This document shows positions 1 to 13,276 of a stretch of 64,000 nucleotides of DNA, piece after piece. The notes under the pieces are model-generated. The model worked only from the letters and a program-made list of their open reading frames with translations, did not search any database and was not told where the DNA came from. The stretch's first letter is position 1. Every line of letters starts with the position of its first letter. The translations under genes were made by a program, and so were the position numbers. The stretch covers positions 4,728,707 to 4,792,706 of the forward strand of contig OZ037767.1 in NCBI GenBank assembly GCA_964035545.1. Direction: 5' to 3'. The stretch is from Bugula neritina. Taxonomy: Eukaryota; Animalia; Bryozoa.

Positions 1-3000
1 TATGCATATTATTAAACATTTCTTTTTTTTATCTATAATAAAATGACTATTAAAATCATCTTTAAAATTATGCTAAGAGAGTTGTTAAAATTTATTACAA
101 GATAATTTTTGAAATAATTTAATTAATTTTAACGAGTTTTAAATGTAATATTAAAATAATGTTTATAAAACTTAAATACACCTACTCTTTTTGCTAATAC
201 TGCTACGTTTAAACTTTCGTATTTTTTTGCAATATACCTGGAGGCATCAGCACCAACAGCTGTTGATATTGAGATAGTATTAGTTTATATTGAAACAGCA
301 TAAATATAATAAATTAGGAGATGCTAAACAGCTTATGGAGAGAGTCACAACAATTCAGCTAGTCAGGCTTGTTACAAAGAGAATCAATATGTCAGAGACA
401 ACTGGGAAGGAGAGAAAACAAAAGAAATAGCAGGTGATTGGATAAGGAGAAAGTGGTGTAGAGGGTAGGGCTTAATATCCAGATATACATGTTTAAAAAC
501 TTCCTAGTGACTTGAGAGTGCGTTGTAAAACAAAATGCAAAACAAAAAAACAAATAACAAGAGTGGGAGGCCTATTAAGGCAATGACATGGGACAGATAG
601 ATATATACCTTTTTTGTTGGCTTCTAAAATGCAAATATATATATAGAAGTATAGAAAGTAAATATAAAAGCAATGCATCGTGACAAAGCATTTCAACAGA
701 CTCGTTACTATGAAGTAATTTAGTACTTCACATACCACTTCCTCTCCGATGACACACGCCGAGGCATTCATAAACTCCAACAGATGTTGCATGGAGGTCT
801 TCACCAGCCTTCTCAGCAACTCCATCACTTGCATGTCCACCAGACGTAGGAACTGGACAAGTCTCGCCAGCACTTTACGCCATTCCGCTATTTGTGTGTA
901 GGTAGGCTTCTCTGGGGTGAAGCAAAGAGGAAATGATAATAAAGTGACAAATCGATATGAAAATATAAATTTGAAATGAAATAATTTTAAAAGATATTTA
1001 AATAATTGACAAAAGTTATACAAATATAATTTTAAGAAGTTCAACATATTTATTGATCATATGCTGAAAAGTTGTATCCCAAAATAGTATCAAACTATGT
1101 GAGATTTAAGCAGAAAATAAAACACAACAGCTTACTTGTTGCCAGTTTAGGACTTTCTGGACGAATACCTCTGGTGACGCCCTCCAGCTCAGCAACTGCC
1201 TGCAAACACACCAATCAGCAATTAGCTGTAGAAATCAACTAATTGAGTAATCAGATTTCCTACATAAATCTTATCTAACTTATACAAAATCCAAGGTAAT
1301 TGGTAAATAATATGCAAGTGTTAGCGAATCTTGGTTTGGCTCTGTGACCTTACCGCGCAGCTCTCCCAGACAACCAGCACGATCTCCTTCCGCAGAGCAA
1401 GAAGTTTCTCGGCTCCCTTTTGAGACGCAAGATTTTGTGCCTCTGTGAAGTCCGACAACGAGTAGGTCTTGTGTTTGCTGACGTCTACAAACAGTATCCC
1501 AGACTGCTCTGTACCGTATCCTGTGAGACTACCAGATGCAGCCTGACACAGGGACTGTACGTGCAGCAGACAGCCTTGTAGCACCTCATTGGCCAGGAAT
1601 AGTCGTCTGGTAAGAAGACCACTGCAATAGAATATAAAAACTGTTAGAAATATTCATACCTTAACTAAACTTTTGCGTATGTGGGTGAAGTTGGCCTTGC
1701 TGCAGAAATCATATTGCGACATTGCAACACAATGAAGGACAGTTTTCTGGTAAAAAGCAGATTTGTTTTTGCTACCAAAAACATCTATCAGCCTAAAAAG
1801 CATTGTTTACAGCGAAAACATTCCACCAAGTTCTAAATTATATTTTATTAACAGCTTGAATAAATCAGCAGCAGGATTGTTACTAAATAACTTGATATCT
1901 CAGGTGAATAAGCGACACTATAAAGAGTTATCAGCACTTGCACAGTTGTACTTGAAACTTAATCATAACAGAATTACAGTGAATGTGCAGTTGAATATTT
2001 GTTAATCAGCACCAATCAGATTTATGCCCTCATTTATTCCCATAAATTTTCAATTATTTAGCTTTTACATGATAGTTTTTACTTCATGAACAGGTATGAA
2101 AATGTTGTGGACTCATAACTACAGCTTCAACCCACTCCTTCAGACTAACCATAACGTTGCGTATATAATATATCAGAAAGCATAAGATTTAAGTCAGCAA
2201 TGAGTTACAACTACCTGCTGCCACAAGACTTGCTGTTGCGGACTATACGATGCCACATTGTAAACGCTTTCCACTTTCTGAACTTCTTGAACACGGGAAT
2301 CTTGATAATCTGACTATAGAGGTCTTTCTCCCAGATCCACTGCAGAACTGGAGTAGCCACTGAAAGGGCCATCGGGTCTTTCGGGTTCATCTGATAAATA
2401 GAAAAACATGGCTCAGCAAAATGACATTGGTGTCACCATCAAATGATCTTATTCAAGTTGGTTCCAAGTGCCACAAAACAGAACAGGCACTAATCCTAAC
2501 TTTGTAAATAAAGTTTGATGCGCACAGTTCCATCATGTGGCAGTTACATCATGTGACAGCTGCATCACGGGACAGTTGCATCACATGACAGTTGTTTTGT
2601 AATGTCACAGAAAGCACTGCTTAGACGTGACTAGTACAGGAAGAGCTAGTATAACTATTGAGCCAACTTACATAAGTGACGTATGTGGAGCTGACGGTCC
2701 AGTAGTGGTCTGTCTCCTTAGCCTGGGCCTGAGGTACTGTAACCAGACTGTAGGGGTTGTAGGGGGCTTTAGGGTCAGAGTAGGAGGCGGGAAGACAGTA
2801 GTAAAACTTCCCAGGATCAGGGAATGGACAGTATGCGGTTTCCTAAGAGATACAGACATTGCAAGGTACATAAGTTGTTAAGTGCATACGTTGTAAGGTG
2901 CAGAAAAGGATTATGACTAATATTTGAAGCATAGCAATGTTAATTGTAGAGTAAAGTTATTGCTAGTAGCCATTGAGTGCCGTAGTTTATTACTATAGCT

Positions 3001-6000
3001 GAGTAGAACTGCTTTCTAAGATGACCAACACACTTGGGTCAACTGACTGTAGAAATATTATATGAGAATAAACTGGTTATAAAATCAGACTAAAATTATA
3101 TTTATGATGAAAATTTGAAATGCAGACTAAAAAAATTAAGGTTTTACTTCAACAACCTTTGCACTTCACTGAGTGTGAACTACTTAGTTTCGCTCACCAA
3201 ATTGCAGTGTATCAGACACTGGCTTTCAAGAAAAATTTTTTTAAAACCCTTTTGGTGCATTTAAACAATTAGCATCACTTACAGGATCATGAGCTAATTT
3301 TTTCATCTCCATTATAGTTTCCCTAGAACCATTACAAGAAGTCGGAAAGTAGGCAGACCACCCTCTTTTCTTTAGCATTGCTATGATAAGCTCTACCATA
3401 TCATCCTTGGGTGACATTTGCTCAGCATCTAATGTATATGCACATATCAAGTATTACTACTAATGCATATTCACACCTTTCACACCTATACGGTCGTAGT
3501 CCTGTACGGGTGACCGGTATTACTACTAATGTATATGAGTATTACTATAAAAATATATTGTGTTTTGTTACTAATGGGATGAAACAGTGGAGGCTGTATA
3601 TGAGATTTACTACATTAATACACTGTTTCTTCACAGTTGGAAAGGGTAATATTTAGCCAGAGCTACTCAAATTATTTCTCATTTAAGTATCAACTCTAAA
3701 AACCATTAGCATTACACCTCATTGTTCACGTGTCTATATGACTTTCAACTAATAAGATTTAAATGTCTAAAGTCAAATTTTCAACTAAATCTACAAGAAG
3801 GATTCCACACAACTAATAGGTCTGTAATTTCTACCTGACAGTTTATGATCAGGTAGTGTAGAAATAACATTAGCTGACTTTCCACTAGCAGGTCGCTTCT
3901 GTTTAGATGTAGCCTGTGCTCCCTCTCCTACTACAAAATTTAAAACGTCTTTGATAATCTGGTATGTTGATGGTGCTTAGGCTTTACTACTCTCTCGTGT
4001 AGTGAAACCTAAACACCTGGTACTTCACATCATGCAACTGTTTCATGTAAACAACGATAAAAGTTTCAACTTTTGTTGTTGTGCAGTTAACAGAAAAAAT
4101 TGTGCTGTGTTATCCTGGGAACTCAGCGAAAAATTTTTGGTAATTATTATTCTCAGAAAATTAATTGCAATGGTCTTCAGTTTTAAAATCAAAATATTGG
4201 CAACTATATATATAACAAGTTTTGTTGAATATTGAAACACATATTTAATCAAACTTTCTTTGATTGGAAAGTATTTTATGTAAACAATGATGAATAAATA
4301 GTAAGAAAAATCCATAAAATTGTGTTTTTACCCAAAATGTACAAAACTATTTTTCTAAATAACTTGATTCATTTTTTTATGTTATAAAATGTTTGAAACA
4401 AATTTTAACTTCTGCTTGGCAACTTCCATCTATATATGTAAAAGAATAAATTGTATGTTAAACTTGATGGGGTTTAAAGTATAAAGCATAAAGTATTATA
4501 GTAGTGCCAATGAAAAGGTTTACAATAGCTGTCTGTACTTCACACAATGCAAGGCAGTGCAGGCTTAACAAATGCCCAAGTGCTCAAGTCTACCTCAAGT
4601 AAGACTTGTCAATTGAGTCACTGACAGACTTACCTGGCTGGGCTGCGTCTTCCAACTCTGTAACAGCACTGAAGTCTGAGAGAACAGTGGAGGGTCTAGA
4701 GGAGACCTTCACATTGTTACTGTCATCATGTTTAACTTCAGGTGAGACGGGGCTCAGCTTGATTGGCTGTAAACTGCAATTACAGCAAGTAGTAATGGTA
4801 TATGATTGGCTAAAACAATAAAAGTTAATGGTTATAATTATATAACAAAACTAGTTCAGCAGAAAAACATCTTAAATTAGTGCACTTGTTTATATATAAA
4901 ATTAAAGTTGATATGCTATGCAGCCCAAAAAACAAGTAAAGTTATTCCTTTATAACTAGCACAGAAGAATTGGCAGGCAAATATTTGAAAAAAGTATTCT
5001 TTTAGATGATATTACGTTAATGACAACATCTTCAGATGATAAATAGGTAAACAATAAGACACTTTTGAAAATAAGTTCACAGATCAAATAGCCACTAGGT
5101 GCAAGAATTCTGTGCGCACAAATACATAAATGTTTATGAGAACTGATATATAAGACATCAAATAGGAAAGCAGATGAGAATGAAGTCTAATAGAACAGAA
5201 AGAAATAAAATGACAACAAAACAACACAGCTATAGATATACTTACGGCTTTCTAAAGAAAAGAAACATATGGTTAGTAATTAGTATGAATAAAATTATTT
5301 AGCCACATCAATAAATTGTATTTCAACTAAAATTCTACTTTTATTTTAACATGATTTTTTTCTTAAACTTCGGGCAAAATTTTGATTGTTTAGAAATGGT
5401 GTGTTCTAATATGATTGCAACTCAGTCATTCACTTCAAGTTTATATCAATTAAAATAATCGTATATTAAGTTATGTGTTAGTCATAAAGCATAGATTAGT
5501 AGAGCAGCTACTTTCTAAAACTGAATCAAATATATAGACGATTCACAATGACTCACTGATCAAGTTTCAGTTTATCCTCATCTGTGCGGGGATTCTTACT
5601 TTTCATCATCTTCTGATAGTCTCTTCTTAGCATTGTAGTCCTTATGCCAGTTGGGGCTTGGGCAGGGGGAGTGGGAACCAGCCTTTTCTATACAACATGT
5701 CATAATACAACCTAGATACAAGGCTACACAGTACCAGTTCCATTGAGGTGCCTTTCAAACCAGTTTGTTATACAAAAAAAATTGAAACTTTAAACCTTCC
5801 TATTAAGTTTTTCACCTTTCAGTCTAACACAAGAAGTAATTACAGTAACATAACATCATACCTGATAAGATTTTACAGGATATCTAAGGGCTAATATAAG
5901 AGCATTAAACTGTGTCTTTAGATAGTCCCAGATATTCACAAACTGGCATTTCCAAAATTACTGAATGAAATTACTGAAAATTACTGAATATAGCAATTTT

Positions 6001-6767
6001 ATTATTTTTTTAAAAATAACTTTACATACAGAGAAAACATTTTTCTAACTAACTTGAGTGTTGGCTGATGACTGTTTGCCATTCAGTAAGGTATTGTTTG
6101 ATGATGATTTTCCATACATCATGGCCTCTCTCTTTTTAACACTACGCAAGGCATCAGAGCTGTCTGGCCGGCTCACCAGGTGCGACATCAAGTCAGCAGG
6201 GCTCTGATTCAGAGAACAAACATGAGTTAATTGTACACAAAAACTTTATTGACAATAAAGTCAATCTGGTAAATATAATATCTTAATTTAAAATTTTTAA
6301 TTTGTTGAGTGCAAGAAAAAAAATAAAAAGGAGTCAAAAAATGATAAGTATCTATTTAAAAACTGTTAAAAAATTTTAAAATAAAACAAAACCTGATGAG
6401 TACAATTTGAGGGTTCACCTAAAATCTAACTCCTAGCAAAACATTTTTGATTAGGTAAATGAAGCAAGCTCCCTGATTTAGTATATCATAAATTTGATAC
6501 TTCAAGCGCTAAAAAGTCATCAGATAAATAAAGAACAACTTTGTGTAATTAACATGAACATTAAAAAGATGAGTAAGTAAAGAAGGAGTTTGACTACATT
6601 CATACCTTGGCTTTTAGTTTTATTCCAAATGATTCCGAGTCTCCTCCATCATTACCACTGAGAGGGTCCAATATTGCAGAGCTGCCAGTACCCTGTGACA
6701 CAGAGCCTCTGCTTGAAGCAAAGGTTACAACTTTGCGCTTCTTTTGGTTTCTCTCTATGGCAGCCAT
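1..6767 (-). CDS. DNAH14: Axonemal dynein heavy chain, DNAH14/DNAH6-like, 5' exons (gene runs off the left edge)
   Basis: Spliced exons approx. 6767-6606 (MAAIERNQKK...), 3428-3283 (DDMVELIIAMLKKRGWSAYFP), 2841-2671 (GKFYYCLPASYSDPKAPYNPYSL), 2390-2215 (WIWERDLYSQIIKIPVFKKFRKWKAFTMW), 1622-1354, 912-735 (KPTYTQIAEWRKVLARLVQFLRLVD). These resemble, from memory, the N-terminal tail of DNAH14/DNAH6. No motor domain lies in the window and the paralogue assignment is uncertain. Confidence 0.7.
2525..2594. repeat. 16-bp degenerate tandem repeat
   Basis: CAGTT(C/A/G)CATCA(T/C)(G/A)TG(A/G)-like unit, about 4.4 copies. Confidence 0.75.
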
Positions 6768-7573
6768 GCTGTTAGTACAACAATACCGAAAGTGATGATA
6801 ACGCACAATATGATAACAAATTAAAAAGATAAAAATATATATACAACTATATTCGAGTACCAACACAATACAATACTAGATAATTAAATTGATGATTCTA
6901 AGGTGTATAAACTACAGAAATTCCTTAAAGTAGTTGCTTTAGTTTAACTGTTTGGCTATGCTTTACTATTATACTTCTTGGAGTTGAAACAGCATTTTAA
7001 AAACTTTCCAAAGTTGAATTTAGAGATGGCTGACTTATTCCACCACTCTACACCATAAATGTACATCAGCTGAGTAAAAGAAGGTAACATGATTATAACT
7101 GTAATAGCAATACTAATATTTAAACAATATTAGCCTATTACTATTACTATTAGTATTCTATTAGCAACTATAGAAAAACCTACAGTTACTCAGGACCAGT
7201 TCACTCACTCACAGTCGTAGATCATACCTACACTGCATCTGATTTCAGTAAAAGTGTGACGATCACCATGAATATGACTGTAACTGTAGTCAGTAAGTGC
7301 ATGAACTATGTTATTCACACTCATATTCATATTGAGTAGGCGCAGCTTAGTCTTAAACTTAAACTTAAAGCTAAGGCTAAACTTTGCCCAGGGTAGAGGT
7401 AGAGCTAGGTGTTAGGACTAGGTGTTTAAAAAATATGATACTAAAGTTGTATAGTTTTATTTAAATATACAAACATGCTTACGAGAAATAGGCGTCTAGT
7501 CTTAAACTGTGTTTTATTTCATTTGTTCGCTCACTTAACTATATGGAAAAATTCAAATAATGAGTTACTATAA

Positions 7574-7610
7574 CCGCCATGTTGATTTAGCATGACTACC
7601 AGTACTTCCG
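7574..7610 (-). promoter_or_regulatory. Candidate dynein promoter: YY1-like and ETS-like motifs
   Basis: Minus-strand CAACATGGCGG (7584-7574) and CGGAAGT (7610-7604), upstream of a GTGAG donor at ~7535. A branch/acceptor TACTAACAG sits just before the ATG at 6767. Confidence 0.45.
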
Positions 7611-10165
7611 TTTAAAAAAGTCGGATTCGTCGAATGCAGCTGGGGATAATCTAGTAGAACTGTTGGTTTTGTGCCGAAATATTTACGTCTGTTATTAAAA
7701 ATTATGTTTAGGTATTTTCCACGTGCTCACTGCAATATTACCTTTGCTTTTGAGTACGATTACTACCCTTGTGAGTCATAAAGTCATAAAGTGAGTGATA
7801 ATAATTAGCATAGCTACAAGTTCCATTTTAGTAATACTAATTTAAACTAATTGAAACGTTGACTGCTAGTGCTGTTATAAATTGGTGATTCGGATTTTGA
7901 TTGTCACAACTGACAGACTGTGATATAATAATATTAATAATTATATTGATATTTATTTTCAATATTGATATTTTCATATTCATATTGATATTCACTTCAT
8001 ATTGATATTCATATTGAATATTGATATTCACGTTATTATTAATATTATCATATGTCTATGAATATCAATAAAACTTGATCCAGGACGTAAACAAAAATTT
8101 ATCATCATTATAATAATAATATTGATAATTATATTTATAAGTTGAAATTTAAATTATCATTGTTATGCTTATAATTATAGTGAATCATTGTGATTATGAT
8201 TGGTGATGATCATCATCCTCAAATTCAATCATCATCATCACGATCTGCGAGTGTGATCATGATTATCATTATGGTATCATTTTTAATGGTTCAATTGAAA
8301 TATTTTATTTTTTAAGAAACAATTGGAGCTAAAATCACAATATGAATATGAATATCACTATCAGTCATTATATATAATGATTAAATTTAATATAATCATA
8401 ATGGTTCTGTTAAATTTATTCATTAACTTTAAATGATCAGTTTTAAATTAATGATCGCCACAATTGCAGTTAAATTTAATAATTGTAATAAAGGGGTGAT
8501 CAGTAATAGTGACACTGATTGTGATATTCACATTTACATTAGTCTTAGACAGTTAGACTTAGTGATTAGACTTACTCGTCATTAGTCATTACCGACTGCC
8601 CATTAGACTTAGTCTAAGTCTGAAACTAATAAATAAACAAATCAAAACTATAAAGTAACTGCAAAATTGATGGGATATTAGTATCTTTTACCTCCTCTAC
8701 TTACAATCAGGAATTGTATCTCAATGTAATTTTTCTGAAATGTAGGAATGTATTGAAATTATGACATTCATGTACTAAATAGCAAATGTAAAAAGCTACA
8801 TTGATATAGCTACTAACAAGCTGTTTGGGTGTTGACATCATTGCTCTAGCTAATCATTTTAAGTGTAGTTTTAAACTTACTAACATGATCTATGTTTGTA
8901 CTGCATAATGTTATAGTCGCAGTACTATATAAACATTGCTTACTATTTCTAATAAATATTATAACCAATATTTGTAAGATTGAGTGTATGAATCATTCCT
9001 GTCATCAGCCCAGCTTCATAAGATTGTAAGATGAAATGAAAGTGTTTTAGTCAATGAATAAACACGACAATTTCATTGTAAAGTTTTGGAATCAGAATTT
9101 TAATTATGTATTGATAAAAGTGACAATAGTTCCACATTAGCTTGTTAGAGGGAAAGAGTTTTCGGCAAGTTTTAAATGTTTTGATAATGCTGGTTTAACT
9201 TTATTTTGAGTTTTTTGTTCGAAAAATACTTAGTTATTGAAACCTGTTAAAGCAGCTCAGAAATTACCAAAGTTTTTCCTAGAACAATCAGTGTAAGGAT
9301 CAATGTACAAAACATTGATCAATTAAAGTTGGTTCAATAAGTTCGTTGCTAATTAAAACTTTATATATTATCTTCATTCTTCACAAAATATTTGAAATCA
9401 TCATCACCATGACAGTCTGTCCTAAAACAATAGCTGCTTTTATTTTGGTTTAATCATACATAATAAGCGCTAATGGGTGATGATATTATGCAAGCTAAGG
9501 ATCTAATTTCTTATACAAACGAACTTTAGTGAACGCAGAAGGTTTTGTTTATAGTGCTAATTTAATGCCTGATAATTTGATTGAAGAAAATATTTGTCTA
9601 TTGTAATAATTTTCAACCGCAATAACTGATAATGAATGAATGAATGATATAAAGGTTAGGCAGTTTCGAAAGATGTAGAACATAGAGATGCTGCAAAAGT
9701 TAAACTATAAACTTCCTTTAAATTTTTTTTGCATTCATTACTAATGCAAAACTTGTATTTTGCATAAAACTGCTTAATTTGCAACAACTATAAAATATAC
9801 GTATTAAAATAATTGTTCTAAGCTTTAATTTTGTTTTATTTGGTAAATTTTGCTCCTAAATTATGCACCTACATCAACATTCTATGTACAATCAATAAAA
9901 TAATGAGTATTGCTGAAATGGACTATCAGTGTTGCTAAAAGAATCTATAATTACATATAAAAATATGTTGAGTTTACAATTAAGAATATAAAATATATTT
10001 CACTAACAGGAAATTATAATTAGATGATCATGGGAAAGATATATTACCCATACTAAAAAGCATCTTATAATGAAATATAGCTACAATGTATTTTGCTCTA
10101 ACTATAAATTTATGTTTATCGTGTACAGTATATACATTTCCTTCTTAACTGTTGCCATGTATTCT

Positions 10166-13100
10166 TTAGGCTTCTTCGAAGTCTAAATTACTTGACTTTT
10201 TCTGTTTCATTCTTCTATTTTGAAACCAAGTTTTTACCTGAAGGAATATTGATTGGTTTAACAAGTTAGCTTCTAATGTACTCATCACATATTATATCAA
10301 AAATATATTATCAATGTCAAAATATTATTTGGCTAGTGTAGGTCAGTCGAAGTTGGCAGCCTGTTCATTGGTTGACTAGCTCAAGAAATAGTCAATAAAT
10401 TATATTAATCTACATTTTTTGCATATTTGATCTAATAATAATCACTGAGATCATTTAACTGAAAGTTTTTTCCTCAATGTGGTAAACTATCCAATTATAA
10501 ATGCACTTTTAGTAAATGAATTTCATTGCGTGTCAGGTTTTTATGTCAAAAGCTTTAGGCTGTTGGTGAAATCTTACTTGAGTGTCCGACAGTGTGAGCT
10601 GATTAGCAAGTTCTATTCTTTCTGGTGTTGATAGGTATCTCTGTGTTTTAAATTTCTTCTCCAGTCCTTCTAGTTGCTTGTCACTAAACACTGTTCTTGC
10701 TTTCCGTCTTCGTGAGTATTTCAGAGATTGTGCCATGTTGCTTAGGGTTAGCTGGGCAATTGGATCTGAGAGAGGGTCCAGCATTCTATGGTTTTGGTTT
10801 CTGAATTCAGCAGCTAACAAAATACAGTGTACATAAAGAACTTACTGCATTTTTTTTATTTTCAAGTCAGTTTGAAAAACAGGCTGTTTTAGAAAAGCTG
10901 GCTAGCATAAATATACTTGAAAATACCTTAGAAAACAAAGTTGTATGTATGAAGTAATATTGCAAAAACTATTTACAGCATTACTATTTAAATATCTATG
11001 TTTACCAACTTATTTTTATGGTGTAAAAAATTATGGCTTAAGCAATACTTGATATTCTCAAAAATTTACCAAGAGCATTTAGGTTCGCTGAGGTGTGTGG
11101 AACCAGGCAAACAGCTGAACAGTGAAACAATTTTTTAAAACAATTTATAGATTTTAAATATATGTTGAGGAGTTGGTAAAATCAGTTTTTTAAAACATAA
11201 TAAACTAATATTTCATGAACAACTGTTCAACTCTAAAGCTGGTACCAGTTATTATTTTTGAGGCTGTTTATAGAATATTTAAATTTATAAAATGCTTACA
11301 GTAAACATTTTTATTTAGATCCTTGCAGTGTCTATGCATTGTAATTTCAACAATTTTCTTTAAAATTTAAGTTAAAAAGCTGCTGCAGATATCTATATTC
11401 ATAAAATCTTATTGCACAAGGATTTAACTCGTTTGACTGTGTTCAAATTTACAATCAAAACATTTCCTCTGATGCCAGCAATCATATTAAGTTCTACCAT
11501 TATTAGTAGTTAGCAAAAAGTTTTTTAAATGTTTTATTGTTTTGTTCCACTATAAATATAGGCTGTTCATAGATTTGACCAAAACACCATCAGCAATAGC
11601 AAACTGATTCATGTTATCGCTTTTAACAGGTCTTTTGTTTTGGTTGTTTTCAGTCATTTTAGTGGACGTTAGATACTATTAGTTTACTATTTTTTAAAAA
11701 TGCAAAGTTATAGCGCGCCAGCTATGTTGTTTTTACCTTGCTTCAGAAGTATCTGTTGCCACACTCCAGCACTTGGTCTTATATCAAACCCCAGATGTCC
11801 AAAAAAGTGACCATTGTTTTCTATATGTGATCGCTGCTACACAAAACACAAGCTGTTAGGATAAGCTCTACTGCAATACTTTTTTAAATATCCAAAGCAG
11901 GTTAGATAATATTGAAATATTATTTTTTTTTTCAAATGCAATTGACACCAATTCCGTTCTGTATACTTTTTCGCTAGTTACCAATAAGTTTGCCTAAATA
12001 GGTTGTAAACTGTATACATATTAATATATTTTTTATAAACGTACTGCAAGAGTTGCCAAATAGTGTTAATCAATTCCATGATGAAAACTGAAATTTGTTG
12101 TATTAATAGGGTCATTTTACTCAATTCAGTACACACTGGATATTTTCAGTTTTTAACTATTTTTCACAATTTAACTGTTAATGGACATGACATGGTTTTT
12201 TTTGGCCAAAACTAATAAAACACCAATAAATACACCTAAATAATCAAAGTTCTTTTTAATTTTGCTTCATTTCTCATGTTTTTTCCTAATTACTCGGCTA
12301 CTTTTGGTTACGGACAGTTACGAAAAAACCGTAACGGTCCAACTCCTAATAAGCTAAATATATAAGAAAAAACATGGGAAATCATGCAAAATTAAGAAGA
12401 GCCTTAATTGTTTCGGTGTATTTATTGGTGCTTTACTAGTTTTAGGCAAAAAGCCATGTTCATTACCAGCTAAATTGTGAAAAATAGCTAAAAACTGAAG
12501 ATATCCAGTGCGTACTAAATTAAGTAAAATGACCCATTAAATAATTAAATTATTAACTCACTGAACAAAGCTGTGGTTGACTGAAATGTTGGGTGCAATG
12601 ATATGGAGGGGTCGAGGAACTTTGTGATTGTAAAGTATTTGTTAGACCCAATAAGTTTCTGGAAGAAGGAAATCCTGCAGCTTGTGCTGTCAATGCTGCC
12701 GTCCACTGTCTGAATGTCTCGTTTATTATTTTGCTGCTGCTTGTTGACTTTGGTGTGTGGCTGTCTTCTGCCTTGTTTAAGATTGTTTCCTCAGAGAATA
12801 GGGAGTTGCTCTGAAAATGATTAAAGATTTAAAATCTGTATACTTGAAATTCTGAAGCTATTTTCTGATATACTGAAATCTACTATTGTGTGTAGACTTA
12901 TGAATACACTACTATACAATTATATGTGGAATCACATTGCTGCACAACTAAATATTGGTAGAATGCAGAAGTAATAGTCATTTTAATTTTCTAAAAAGTT
13001 CATCAGTTGGAATATCTAATTTTCGTCGGTCCAAGTTTTTAAGTATTTTCCATAAAAAAAGTTCTGGCTCAATTCATACTTTTACTAAACCATCTTTATG

Positions 13101-13276
13101 ATAAAATTTAAACTTCAACTTTTAACTAGTTATTAGTACATTTAGAATTAATGTTTCAATAAATGTAATTTGTATCATCAGCATAAAATCAAATGAAGTT
13201 GCTTAGTCCTTACCTTTTGGTTCTTGTGTATTAAATTTTCAATAGAAAATTGATTCAGCTTGGAAGGTGAGCTCAT
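10166..13276 (-). CDS. BSX: Brain-specific homeobox protein (BSX/bsh), 6 exons, 254 aa
   Basis: Exons 13276-13214, 12810-12562, 11836-11737, 11114-11070, 10813-10578, 10237-10166. All introns are GT-AG and phase-compatible (765 nt). The homeodomain RRRKARTVFSDKQLEGLEKKFKTQRYLSTPERIELANQLTLSDTQ|VKTWFQNRRMKQKK carries the BSX signature. Exon 1 encodes an eh1 motif (FSIENLI). Confidence 0.9.
12109..12535. mobile_element. Foldback/MITE-like element (long imperfect inverted repeat) in a BSX intron
   Basis: GGGTCATTTTACTCAATTCAGTACACACTGGATAT... pairs with ...ATATCCAGTGCGTACTAAATTAAGTAAAATGACCC, and complementarity continues almost to the centre (~12320). No coding capacity and no clean TSD. Confidence 0.75.

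Noticed and set aside
7837-8460. Ile/Asn-rich ORF and ATATTG/ATC repeats
   Set aside because: Low-complexity non-coding DNA.
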